This document shows positions 13,916 to 27,100 of a DNA stretch of 64,000 nt, in pieces. The position numbers and the translations under genes were made by a program. Each line of letters starts with the position of its first letter. The stretch's first letter is position 1. This DNA is from Dicyema japonicum (taxonomy: Eukaryota; Animalia; Dicyemida). The notes under the pieces were generated by a model, which worked only from the letters and a program-made list of their open reading frames with translations, did not search any database and was not told where the DNA came from. The DNA lies in the NCBI GenBank assembly GCA_011109175.1, contig RDEW01000035.1, positions 448,902-512,901 on the forward strand, given 5' to 3'.

Positions 13916-15526
13916 TACCATTTCAGGTTTAAAGTGGGTCTTACCAAAAGCAAAGTGGTCTTACCAAAAGCAAAGTGGTACTTACCAAAAGCAAAGTGGT
14001 CTTACCAAAAGCAAAGTGGTACTTACCAAAATCAAAGTGGAACAAAAATTATTTTTTTGTTATAGGATGAAGATTAATTTCAATTGCAAAAGTTCGAGAT
14101 CAATCGCAAAAGTGACAAAGCAACATGCAAAAGTGTCGAGATCAATTGCAAAAGTGACGAGATCATTTGCAAAAGTGACAAAGCAACATGCAAAACTGTC
14201 GAGATCAATTGCAAAAGTGACTAAGCAAAAACCTATATATTTGCATGTCTGCGCAAATATTTCATTTTTTTATTCATTGCTCAAATAAAAAAGTCTGAAG
14301 CTGAAATTAAGAAAAATCTTATTATCGGGGCTTATGAGGGAGATGGTGACTGGAGGAAACTTGCAAAATCTCTCGATGTTCCGAAAACTACTACTTATCG
14401 TTGGTTGAAAAACAAAAACAAACCTGATCAGCGAGGGGGATCAAAAGCAAAAAAATTTCTTGATAAACATAAAGATTATTGTGTTGAACAGCTCGAAATT
14501 AACCCTAGGATTACTCTTGAGACCTTGAGAATTCTTTTAAATTCTAATTTCAGCTTAAATGTTTCAAAAGAAACCATTCGAGTCCACTTGGACGGTGCCT
14601 GTTATTCTTTGAAAGATATCAGGTATGAACCAGAGAAAGGCAATAGTGAATTAAATAAAGAAAAAAGAAAAAAATTTATAACTTCATTATTGGAATATCA
14701 ATCGGAGGAAATTCCAATATTATTTATGGATGAAACAAATATAAACATGCACATATCCCGTAAAAAGGGTCGATCAAAAAAAGGAACAAGGGCTAATGTC
14801 GTTGCAACAAGTTCGCGAGGTGCCAATGTACATTTCATTGGTTGCATCGGGTCCCTTGGATTGTTGCATTATGAATTCAAACGTGGATCCTTTAATAAAG
14901 AATCCGCCCATGAATGGGTGAGAATTTGTCTACGAAAAGCCAGGGAAGTTTACAATTTTCCAGTAGTGCTAGTAGTAGACAATGCTCCATGCCATTCAGG
15001 AATTGAAGAAATTGTCAGAGATAATGAATTCATCGGAAATAAAATTTTAAGATTGGGTCCCTATAGCCCTATGCTCAACCCAATTGAGAATATTTGGTCA
15101 GTTTTCAAAGCTGATGTAAAAAGACACATTGCTACAGATATGAAAAATATTTTGAATGGTGTGAGACAAGAAGCTTTGTCAACTACGGAGTTTCGACTTC
15201 AAAAGTTAGAAGAAAGTATGATTAATTCATTATGTATAATCACTCCATCTTTATGCAACACCGTAATTGCTAGAATTCAGAGGTTGGCCCCATCGGTGTT
15301 AAATAATGATGACATGGTTTATTAAATAATTTTTGTTCCACTTTGCTTTTGGTAAGTTCCACTTTGCTTTTGGTAAGTTCCACTTTGCTTTTGGTAAGTT
15401 CCACTTTGCTTTTGGTAAGTACCACTTTGCTTTTGGTAAGTACCACTTTGCTTTTGTAAGTACCACTTTGCTTTTGGTAAGACCCACTTTGCTTTTGGTA
15501 AGACCCACTTTAAACCTGAAATGGTA
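13916..15526 (+). mobile_element. Tc1/IS630-family DNA transposon with tandem-repeat TIRs
   Basis: TA-flanked. TIR TACCATTTCAGGTTTAAAGTGGG plus 21-bp units; left TIR 13916-14054, right TIR 15324-15526. Inserted into a LINE RT remnant. Confidence 0.95.
14290..15325 (+). CDS. DD35E transposase (start codon unresolved)
   Basis: Motifs FMDET, VVDNAPCH and YSPMLNPIE with 35 residues between D and E. An N-terminal HTH (WRKLAKSLDVPKTTTYRW) is in frame upstream of 14405. Confidence 0.9.
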
Positions 15527-15528
15527 TA

Positions 15529-16450
15529 GTATGCTCCATTGACATACAGGTCTTTGATTTAGTCCCAAGGAAATTAGTTATGAGGAAAATCTTTGTCTCA
15601 GACATTTAAAACAAATTGAAAGTTTGGATTGCAATCTGTCACTGAATTTCTGACATACGGAATCTTACAAGGATTTCCTTAGTCATTTTGTTCAACCTTT
15701 TCCTGAACGAACCTAGACGTAGATACACTGGTACTTGTATACGCTATAATCATCGCAGCAAGAGACCAGGGCGTTCACACTGTGGTTGTGAGTATACAAG
15801 ATATACTAGACCACCTGAGTAGTTGGCTTATTAGGAACCTATTATACACAAGCCCTAAAATCTCATGTACGATGACTTTTACTTAAAATAGAAGACTAAC
15901 TGACTCTGGATAGCTCTTAACCCTTAATGGATATTTAATCCCTTCCACTAACTCCGTTAAGTTATTGGGTAACACGAAAGATTCCCTCATAAAATTCAGT
16001 AAGCACGTTAAAAACATCATCTCGCGCCCCAACAAAAACTGAACTTCTTTGACATTACAAAAGCAGCTTCAACTCGACGTTAAGATCACTTTATAATACA
16101 ACCAAAACTCAGCTATGGCTGGGCTGGATAGGTACAAAACTGTACAAATATTGATAAGATATAAGGAAGATCGATGTCTTTAAAGCAACTGTCATGAGGA
16201 TTCTACAAAGGTTCTCCATTTGATGTTGAGACCAACTCCTTTTGAGGCTTTTGTGAGTAGAATTGGAGCCCTAATGGCACCTCGTAAGTTCTATCGCCTT
16301 GTTCACTACAGGACGTAGTATGATTCGATTTTTCAGGTGGCGCCCAGTGCTAAGTTAGCATGGAAAAAATCATTTGCTATCCCCACTCATGGATGGGTTC
16401 CAACAACATGAAACACTGGACGATTTTTTTTCTTCTGAATGAAAATATGT
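15529..16450 (+). mobile_element. Degraded LINE RT fragment
   Basis: SIDIQVFDLV (LDIxKAFD-like), a PQG-like motif and YADD-like remnants. Confidence 0.55.
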
Positions 16451-17069
16451 TTCATTTTCATGATAACTATTAGCTTTTCTCGATGTGTCCATGTCTCATG
16501 AGACATTTAATGTCTAGAATCCAAAAAAAGTCTTTCCATACTGCACTGGAAGGATTCCCATAATTACGGATTTGGATGGACGTGATCCTTGGAGAAGATG
16601 GGTTTCACTCAGTCGTATGAACTGGATATTTTGTAATTCACTTTTAACCTCGTCCGTTTATCAGGGTCAATAATTTATTATCATTAAATTAAAAAAAACT
16701 GTAAAAATAATTGAGAAAAAAATTTAAAAAAGTACACTGCTTCTCATGACTAGATAGATGGTCGCCTAAGGATGTAGGGATGAATCTGATAAACTGATAA
16801 ACTGGATAATACACTAGTGCCAAGAAACTAAATCCAAAAGAAGATAGTATAGTAGAAGCAGGACCGTCGTCTGTGGGGCTGGATGATGTCACAGGAACTA
16901 AGATCAACATTGTTGGGAAGATAGTTGCCAGAACCAACTTGCATTCACTATCTGCCATTATTGAAGAGGTCCACTGTGTCTCTGAAGCTGAGTGGGTATC
17001 TCAGAATACTGCCAAGCATATTTGCTACTTTATCAATCGTGATATCCATGAAAGCTAGGAATCCACGTA

Positions 17070-18155
17070 CACTTGACCCTTGCAAATTGCTATTATTGTT
17101 TCCTTAGAATTTTGTGGCCAATTTGAAAAAATAAAATCAATAATTTTGAAGAACAATGAGCAAATAATTGCCTTAAATGAACAAAAAAGTTATTTAAGTT
17201 TTATTAAAAAAATGTAATTCCTAATTGTTTTTCTTTCCGTCAATAATAATTGATTTGTACTTTCTTATTGAAGAAATTAGAGAAACTTCATCTCAAGATT
17301 GGCTAAGAGTTCCTTCTCTATATCAGTTAATCTAACTGCAATATCCATTTTGTCTGTATCCCTTGTTTTTTCAGATTCTTTTTCACTATTTTCAGAATAT
17401 TCTAAAGAATTTTGATTTTCAATAAATGTTTCATTTTCCGTGTATTCAATATTTGAAAAAATCTTCAACTTTGAGAGGATCGAAAATGTCTGTTCTTCTG
17501 ATTGTTGTATCATTAATGTCAATTTCAAGAATTTCGTTATCGGAGTTATCAAAACTTTGAAACAATTTCTGATCGTCTCTTCGGATACGTCTTCCCAAGC
17601 CATTTTTGTAAAAAAAGAACGTATCCCTTGGCTTCAATTTCTTTTAAGAATTATTAAATTTGAGTTTCCAATAATTCATCAAATAGATTAACTTGCGTCT
17701 TGTAATTACTTAGTTGTAACTCATCCGCAAAAAATGCTGCCTAGTAGATATTAAAGCATCATTCACAAAATCACATAAAAATTGATTTTTCGAAAAGTAC
17801 CTTTAGACTCTATTACATCCATCCATTCAATCAACTTCTCTTCAAGCTTTGGTAACTTTGGTTTATGTGCAGTTTTAAAAGTCGGTTGATAATTTTTGAA
17901 TCTTTCAAAATAGTGTCTTCTTCAGTAAAAGATCATTTATTGTTTTTCTGGATATTGTCCTTCGGAACATGTTTGAGAATCTATCAGCTCATTGCTGCCA
18001 CGAAATGTCATCATTTTTTTCCACGAGAGGAATTGGAAGACATGTGTTAATTTATTTTTTTTAATTTAAATTAAAAATTGTGGTCAATTAATAAGGAGAA
18101 TAGGATTTTTCTAAGAAAATTTTTCAAAATGTGGCCAATTTGCGAGGGTCGAGTG
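17070..18155 (-). mobile_element. pogo/Tigger-like element, internally deleted
   Basis: TA at 17068-69 and 18156-57; TIR CACT(T/C)GACCCT(T/C)GCAAATT; CENP-B-type KPKLPKLEEKLIEW and AWEDVSEETIRNCF. Confidence 0.85.
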
Positions 18156-18882
18156 TATTAGTGAAGTTTCTCAGTTATCTTTATATAAATTTCTAATTTA
18201 ATTGTTTGGCAGTACAGGCAAGTGTGACCTTTGAGCTTTAAAATAATTTGATTATGGTTACGTGGTTCCAAGTCGATAAACCCGGGGAAAACATAACGTA
18301 ATATTTGTGAGTATAAATGTATCAATAAATCACTAAGGAATCCTTGTATGGAAGTCTTTGTCATTGAAGATGATCAGATCACAGAGAGAGTGCTGACCCA
18401 TTGTGGATATTTAACTTTCGTGTCTTCGCAGGTGACAATGCTTTTATTTCCCGTAGCTTCGATATTTTGGGAATGTATGACGGGGGCATGACCATTAAAT
18501 GGACTGTAGACATTCAAGATGGTGTGCCGTACTGTATGTGAGAATTCTAATAAGTCCCCATCTGTCAAATACCATATACCCCGGAAGTGTGATGTGAGAA
18601 TTTAATTGGTCCACTTTACAATCCGTCATTAGAGTGTACTGCACCAATAATTATCCCGTTTATATTCAATTGAAATATCACTAGAAAAGAACAAGGACTG
18701 GGGTTCTGTTCTATGTCTTCACAGAATACAGTCAGCAGATCACGGGAGAAAAGGAACCGTCCATGCAATAATGTGACTTGGTAGGGAGGTTCTAACCACT
18801 TGACGCAAATTATTGAAAAGTTTGAAACAAAATAAATTTATTAGTTATAAAAATTAAATAGGCAATACAAATATAATGAAAT

Positions 18883-19909
18883 TCAATATTTTTGAGGAAG
18901 GTATAAACTGAGATAATTTTTTGGAACAAAGCCACAACAACTACCAATCCTTGCCTTCCACCACCACGTGTCTTTACTGAATTCCAAGGCTTTAAGAATT
19001 TCCCCAGCCTTGAATGAAAGCTCATCGTCATTAGCAGACTCGTAGTTTGCTATCGTGTAGAGGAGACCATTATTGATAACCCCCATGCTATCCATATACT
19101 CTAACATGTAATTATAGTCCATACTCAATAAACAGTCCCTACATTCCTCATATCCCAGTTCGTCTTCATTACACTTGTCAAGGGGGATTTCTGGGTCAAT
19201 GTCGTTTGTGAAGGAATATGGAGCAGCTCCCGCCTCAATAAGCAATTTGACAATTTTTGTACTATTTAGAATAGCAGCACAGTGGAGTGGAGTCCTTCGA
19301 TTACATAAATAATATACCATCCATCCCCATCCATTGCATTTACATTGCATCCATAGGAAATTAGAAATTTTACTATTTCACTCTTTTGTGCACATATAGC
19401 CGTGTGGAGTAGTGTTAGTCCATCGTCCTTTGATATATCTCTGTCCTCCACCTATTACATCATTACAATTGTTATTCACGTCTTTTAGTGTCTCAACAAC
19501 AAGGTCAAGCTCTCCCTCAAAGGTAGCACTGAATAGCATGACATGAGGTTCAAAGTGGACTCTCCGTTCTCTCCTTGTTTTTACCATGTTTCCTCGTGAA
19601 TTCTACTTTTATGTGAAAGTTCATAACCTTAGCACTATCGTTTAGATAATCTCGACTTTCAGTTATTTTATTAATGGGTGAATATCTATTTGAGTTTGTT
19701 TCGTATAATATTGTAAGTTCACGGACTTTATTACGACTATGGACAACCGAATCACGTTGAATTGGCATTACTTTAGTTACTTTTGGGGGTTCACTCCTTA
19801 AATAGACATTGGGTCTTTCTATTGGCATTATTACAGCATAACTTGGAGAACATGATCGAGATCGATTTGATACCATAGTGGGGGATATATTGTTTAATAG
19901 GTCCCCCAT
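18883..19909 (-). CDS. ASPP-family protein (ankyrin repeats plus SH3); N-terminus may extend to about 20417
   Basis: RVHFEPHVMLFSATFEGELDLV, DGLTLLHTAIC, DGWTPLHCAA and SH3 WWKARIG..GFVPKNYL. Introns of 23-28 nt. Confidence 0.9.
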
Positions 19910-21639
19910 TGAATTATTCGAATTCGTCCACCGTGTTTGATTCCTTCGAATGGATTCCCTCGGTTTTATCGTACCCGATGTCTACAATAAATAAACTGGC
20001 CCAACCAGATCGGAATGAAGTTTTCTGTACTGAAACAATGCGTCATTGAATTTATTCCGGGAGACAAAAAAGTTGTGATTTTCTGTGGTTCTATCGTCAA
20101 ATGTTTTATTCTAATGATTTGAGAACATTGGTTACGTTGATTAGGTCTTTTATGTCGTCATTAACTATAAATTTATTTTGATTCAAAAAATTGATTTTCT
20201 TATTCATATTTGTCTTTTCGCATATTTTTAGCGGAATGAAATTTTTATTTTCGTCTAAAAGATTAGATAAGAAAAGTGGTTTATTTATCAGCAGTCTCGT
20301 GAATAATACCTCTATTTGAGTGGGGACTGTTGGACCGTCCTGAGGTATTGGGCTCACAGTTGATACTAATGATTCTGTCTTTGTTTGGATTTTGAGTGTA
20401 TTTAACAGCTGCAGCATACGATTGAATAAATCGATTATTATTGTCCATCCTCAGACGTTTTAATAATTGACCAGAAACTTAACCAAAATGACGTACTATC
20501 CATTTAAAAGCAAGCCGTATTGCTTGGCGACAATGAGAGGTCAGCCACAGCTATTACAATTAATCACGATTCAAATTAAGTTGACGTTTATTATATGGAA
20601 TACTGACGATTTCTATGAATCGATCATAATAAGGACGTACTCAATATATTTCATGATTTACGCCCCTTCATTTAACAATTTATGTTGCGTGATCATTAAT
20701 ATATAATCAGATTTTATTGATTTTTATATATGACAATTGACTCTTAAATATCACTCAATAGTTTTAGTCAGTCAATTCTCCCCATTTATACTCCATTAAG
20801 ACAGTTTTAGCATTTATGAAAGAATCACTTAGCAATGTGGATAGTGTGATATTTCTTAATAAATATATTTAAAATCTACTCAAATGAGTCGACAGTTAAG
20901 TATATACAGTTCCCACGGTTCCACAGGGACACGTTTTTCACAGTTATGGGAACTAGTAAAGGAAAGAGCAAGTAAAGCAAGGGAAGGCATATGATCCTTT
21001 TTGAAGCTGTCCTTTCAATGAGCGCTTTCAGATCACCCATTGTGGAAGCCTTCCGTTTTAATAGGGAAGAGAAGGATCCTTTATTGATGTCGATCAGGTG
21101 CTGGGGGTCTCCTGAATCAGATGGATCCCATGACGTCTTAGGGACTGAAGAAGGCAAAAAGTAGAAAGATATTATTTGACAAATGAATCGAACCCACAGC
21201 TAATCGCTACTCGAGTCACACCACTAACCACTACGCTATCTGGTCAACAACCTGGTTATCTGATTGACCTTGATTTAATATTTTTAATTTCAGCACTAGT
21301 AATGTTTCCATTACTCATCTCAGCTTAAGCAAAACTCACTTTATTTAAGAAGTAAGGAACATTTTTGCTAAATAATCCAAGACCTTGAAGGCTTTCTTAA
21401 CTTGTTCTTTTTTTGTGTGTGAGTCACTTAACAATCCGGTTCTTCAGTGATGAATTACTAACGACGGCCTCATTCGTCAATCCCAAAAGCATCGTAGATG
21501 CATGGAAGCTTTAATCGGAATGGACAGCAGCGAGATTTGAATCCGGAACCATCAGTAAGTGGTCTGGCACTTAATACAATTTATTTATCATTACTCCTTT
21601 TTTAGTGTTTCCTTTTTTCAGGGTTATATAATAATTTAT

Positions 21640-22000
21640 TTATTTAACTCCAAAACCACCAAGAAAGATAGGTCAAAACTAACTAATTAGGTGATCCCAG
21701 CCTCCAACAACATCCGAACTCTCTTCGTCTGGTCTTCTGATGACCCAACCACATTCCGGAAGCGCTTTCTCTTTATTCTGCATAGGAATTCAATCGGCGT
21801 GCACTTTTTTACAACCGACCGAAATTCCTCTGCATGGACAACCTTTCCCTTGAATGGGTTTTCCAGTCCTTGCAAAAACGTAGGAAACCCTGGCCATTTC
21901 TCACCGTCGCCTCCTCTGAAAGCAGACTGGGAACGGATGTGGAGTCTGATTGTATGCGCCTCATGATCTTCCGGACAACATTACCCACCACCAACAAAAT
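21640..22000 (-). mobile_element. LINE 3' end fragment
   Basis: Same family as 8821-9190 and 42250-42520; ends ..RMLLEAGIT* with the stem-loop. Confidence 0.8.
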
Positions 22001-22136
22001 AATAATAATTTAGGGCATTTGTGAAAACTAAAATGATTAAAAACGATAAAATAAAATGTAAAAAATAATATTTAATATAAAAAGTATATTATTAATAATT
22101 AAATAATAATATTTTAGGCGGGAAAACAATTTTGAT

Positions 22137-23360
22137 ATGAGGTTGTTGATAATTATATGTCTTTAGCATTACAGAAAATAGTCTTTTAAAAATGATTGAT
22201 GAAGTAATACTAGATTTTTTAAATGGCTTAAAGACAAAATCAAAAAAAACCCTTTTAATTGACAGCAAGGAAAAGTATTTTGTGTTAAATATCATAGAAA
22301 TTTGAAAATTTGGGTTCATTGGCACAATGTTAAGTCCATTCTGAGAGCAGGTATTATTTAATGTCCACTAAAGTTAATATTATAAAAATACTACAAACAT
22401 CGCAATCGTGCTTACAACATGATTGCACGTGTACTATTAGGTTGAATAAGGCATTATTTCAGAGATTTGTACTATCGAGATGTTAACCTATTTAAACATC
22501 AATGGAGAATCACATCTTTGATCACTAGAATTACTTCTGCCCTTAAGATTCGCAGGGATTGTCTAAGAATAGTTAGTTGGCACAAAAATGATAGGTTGCA
22601 TCTGGGAAAGGACTAATCAACGGATATATATCATTCCGTTACAACAACAATGTTATTAACTGCAACAATGTGTCCCTAGTAACGTGGGATACTGATTATA
22701 TCACTCGTTCGTTGATTTGTCTCACTATAGAAATTTATCCTTCAAACATTAACTCTCTGCTGATCATAGAGAAGGACAGTGTCTTCCAAAATCTTTTAAA
22801 TCATGGGTTTCAAAGCAAATTCCCAAGGACATTGCTGATTACTGTCATAATATTAAAAGTATTATAGGGGAAAGGTTATCCTGACTCGAGGTCGTCCTCA
22901 CTAGTTAATTTACTGGTTAAGGGTCTTAAGATACCCGGATTTGTGTTAGTTGATGCTGATCCCTATGGTTGGCTGTATGGTTAATGAAGGCATTGACATT
23001 TACCTCACTTATAAATTCGGGGGAAAGAAAAACCATTTAGTGTCAACTCCAGAATTGACGTGGTTGGGATTATGTCCCTCAGAATTATACAAGTAATAGC
23101 AATCTATATTGAAGACTAAACATAACCAGCAGAATCAAACTTAGTCCGAATGATATCAACAAAATCAATATTCTCTCCAATTTTGTGAAAACAGTGCCCA
23201 GTCTATCATTCCTAGTAAATGAGGTCATTCAGTAATAACACAATAGTTGGACTTACTACTATCACTTGGACAGAAGGCTGAAATTGAGTCATTGTATGAT
23301 ATTCACGACTATTTTTTGGTTGATTTCTATCTACAGGACAAGTTAAGACAGTTTAAATAA
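22137..23360 (+). CDS. SPO11: Meiotic recombination protein SPO11
   Basis: Removing 10 GT-AG introns of 22-25 nt gives a continuous ORF with RDLYY (catalytic Tyr), SGKGLI, IIEKDSVF, TGKGYPD, LVDADPYGIDI and KAEIES. Confidence 0.95.
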
Positions 23361-23398
23361 AATTTGTTGCTTATAAATTATGTGTTGCTGGGATACTA

Positions 23399-24115
23399 AT
23401 GAGAGAAATTAGTCATCGGAAGTCAATGAATGATTTATTAAAGAAGGAGAGAAATGATTCATATAAGCAGCACTTGGATTGCTTAAATAAAGACATCAAC
23501 TCGATAACTAGTTATAATTTCAGAGATAGACGACCTACCACAGTCCCAAATATAGTCATAACAGAACATAGACGGAATCGTCCACATCCCCCAATGTATA
23601 TTTTATTTACATTCAGACCATTTCTCGTTCAGAGACAGTACTTGTCGAACAAGAACCCACCAAAACGTAATCCAATAACCGAGTTGATATCCAATGGAAT
23701 GAAATATGTAGGAAATATTAATTCAGAATATAATGATAACTACACTAGTGCTACAGTAAATAGGAGAATTCACTCTGCAAAAAGTTTGAGTGAGTAATTA
23801 CCTAAAGTATGTAACGCTAATGAATATCTTCTCCACCCAGAATGGATGAGGAAGAGGCACTATAATGGTGTATACCGTCGACCATTCTATTATGGGGGAA
23901 TATTTATAAAACAAGCACAATTAATAATTAAACATTTTATAAAGAATAATCAAACTTCACTCCTACTAGTAAGTAATACAATAACCCCTGAGATGATACT
24001 GACTGATAAATTTGGTTTTGATGAAGCAATGTGGTTTGGCTGTAAGGTACGACCACCTTCCCCTCCAGTGTTTTCCGTTTTATTAATTTTGCAAATGTCT
24101 CCCCAAGTGAATTAA
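23399..24115 (+). CDS. Hypothetical protein, probably spliced
   Basis: Two ORFs (23399-23797 and 23846-24115) can be joined in frame by an 18-24 nt intron near 23790-23810. No recognisable domain. Confidence 0.5.
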
Positions 24116-27100
24116 GTCTGGAGTTTCTCTGGAATAATAAGCCCATGAAACCATAGACATGATGAATATCACTGTCTTGATAAACATTAATATGTAAAAC
24201 AGGACAGCTATGGGTTTGTCACTAAAGTCTTCCAACTGTGATAAAAAGTATAAAAGCCATTGGAGATGCTCAAATATTCCTAGAATACATCTCCCAGCAT
24301 TAATGTCGGAATATCTTCTGATATGAGTAATCGTTAATATCTGCAATCAAATAATGAGTTTACAATAAAAGACAGAGTCCAAATAGAAAATGAGAATATA
24401 CTGCTTTTGTATCTCTTGACAGTGAGTGACACGTGTATTCCATATATGATTAATACCACACCTGAATAATAATTAGTAAAACCCAATGAGAGGACGTAGC
24501 ACAGTGAATGACTTGCTTTAGAGTTCCTACTGTCATTTTCATACGACAGAATCAAACAGTTAATGATGGAAGAGTAGGCAAGGAGAATTATCAGACTATA
24601 TATCACAAAATGCTACAAATAACTATTAGCATACATCAATAAAGTTGACCACCAACAAGGATGCTGTACACGAAACTCCAATTAGGTAGTGCACGGTCAA
24701 AACTTTACCGGGAATTATAAACACAATAAATATCTGCAGGACAGCAGTCATTATAGTAAAGGCCAAATTGATTTTCCTATAAACAGGTCTCATAGTCCAA
24801 TCAAATGTATTTACTCCCAGAATGACTATAAGGTTGTTTCCATTACATGAACAGTCGACAGTACAATCACGATTGTCATATGTACTACACTCGCTTACAC
24901 TTGTAGAACTATAATTTACTATTTGGGAATACCTCTGTTAAATGGGAATATTTGACATTTTTTAATGAACCCACACAAATTTCTGTCAACTCGGAACTTA
25001 ATGTCGAATGGAGACTCAGAGGGGAATGAAACTCCGACAGCCTTATGAGTTACTCTACTATTATGATATTAACTCACATTATATCATCAAATCCAAGACC
25101 ATCCAACAGGACAAATCTTCCTGGATTTTCTGAATATATGGAAATGTCAGTCACACTAGATTTGCTGTATGTGCTGATATATTCTAGTTTTGACATTTTG
25201 ACTGAATAATTATAATTATTGGCGATAAATTGGATCGGGAATATCCCACCACATATATTTTGAAGATGGGAGAAGTCCCTGTATGCCGTGATAAGCCACT
25301 CAGTTATAATGAGTGAGTTCTAGTAATCAGTCACAGTAAACCTTCAGTAATATTTCAGATTCTGATTTAATGGTTGAAAGTTTATTTAACACGTGACAGA
25401 TGACTTTGACATCTTTTTCAAACAAGTAGGAGTTATTACGAGAATAGTCAATCAGGTACTGAAGAGAGTACAACATGGCATACTCCGAAAAACCCTTAAC
25501 TTTATTATTGTCGAATACAGGATGGTTGGTGGACAAATTTGACTCTGATATGGACGAACAGTTACTCAAGTCAGGTTTCTCCCATCCTCTCTTACCACAC
25601 TTCATTGTTGCTGTACCCAATCTTTCACATGGGAGATTGTACTGCTCGTCAATGGTTCCACGTGGCCAATTGATTCCCCCCAAGTGAAGTGATGGACATG
25701 CGTATAGCTCGCCTAAATATTAAGCAATGCAAGACCGGAGCAATTAAGAGAGACTTGTTTATATGGAGAGTGGCACTTATCACACTTTAAGCCAATAATA
25801 TGAGGACGGCAGTAACACTGACCGGTCATATTATTGCATCCACCTTTAATAGTTCCACCCCCAAAGCAATTACATGATATACACCCACGAATGCTGTCTA
25901 TGAAGTAATATCCCTTCTACAAAGGTAGAACAGTGTATTACCTTACAAATACACTCTCCTTTTGACGTACATTGAGACTGGTAACCCAATGATGGTGGAC
26001 ACTCACATGGGTAACAACCGTTCCCCCATCTACCATAGGGACATTTTAATGGGAGTTTATATTCGCATGATGGTCCATAATGTCCAGTACACTTACATTT
26101 ATATCCACGTGGATTATGTGGATCATGAATACAAAGTGAAGATCCTTTACAAGGGTTGAGAGACCATGTAGAGCATATAGGTTGACAGGAAGAACCAAAG
26201 TATCCTACAAAATATATATTTATTTACCTTTATGACAAATACACTTACGTGACCACCAATCATTTTGACAGAACGAATAGTGAGGACATGGCAGTGTCTG
26301 ACAGTTATTCTGATTGAAACACTGTAAACTAAAAGAGACACCCCCAATGATATCACCCTCTTCTCCATAACGGATATTCTGTGATCAAATATAATATTAC
26401 TTTGAAACACCCTCCAACCCCATGTCCAGCCATGTGATGATAACCCAAACTAACAAAGCCTCCTCTAAGATCGAACCCATTGACATTTAACCACTCCGTC
26501 TCCCAATTAAACGAAAAGTACCTCGTAAGCCCCATAATCAACAATAACCACAAAGCATGTTTTATTAAACATAACCAAGTGGATTGTGTACCATTGACCG
26601 TCATTTATTCTGTTCTGCTGTGTGAACTGCCTTGTTACGTCCCCCATTCTAAAATAAAGACTTCCGTTATTATTGATCTTTATTAATATTAATATTACTG
26701 AAATGGTTATATATTCTCGAGTTGTGTTGGACTCTATTACAATGATATTCCCCCCAATTGTGGAGACTGTTTTGACTGCAAAGACAATTACTGGTGTCCT
26801 CTCTTTGAAATTCCCAATATCTGTTCTGCTTTGACTATTAAATTTGATGGATTTCCCTGCATTGGTTTGACTGCGACCACATTGTTTCGTGTAAAACCCA
26901 TCTTTGCAGTCACAGACAAATCCATTCCATACATTACGACACACCCCTAATGTTAACCCTTTACAACAACCTCCGTTTAAGCATGGGGATTCATCCCTGC
27001 ATTTATCTTCCATCTGTTTGCATCCTATTCTAGCACTTCCACCAAGTTTTATTAGAGGACTCCCAAACTCCCAGTCAATATGAGTTTGCCTTCCATCAAT

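Noticed and set aside
15335-15515. 21-bp tandem repeats as a CRISPR array, and the ORFs 15299-15568 and 15333-15542
   Set aside because: There are no spacers. The units are the right TIR of the Tc1-like element, and the ORFs are repeat artefacts.
13916-15526. Fanzor/TnpB-type RNA-guided nuclease associated with the IS630/Tc1 element
   Set aside because: The 1.6-kb element is filled by TIRs and one DDE ORF. No RuvC-like ORF was seen in it or elsewhere in the window.
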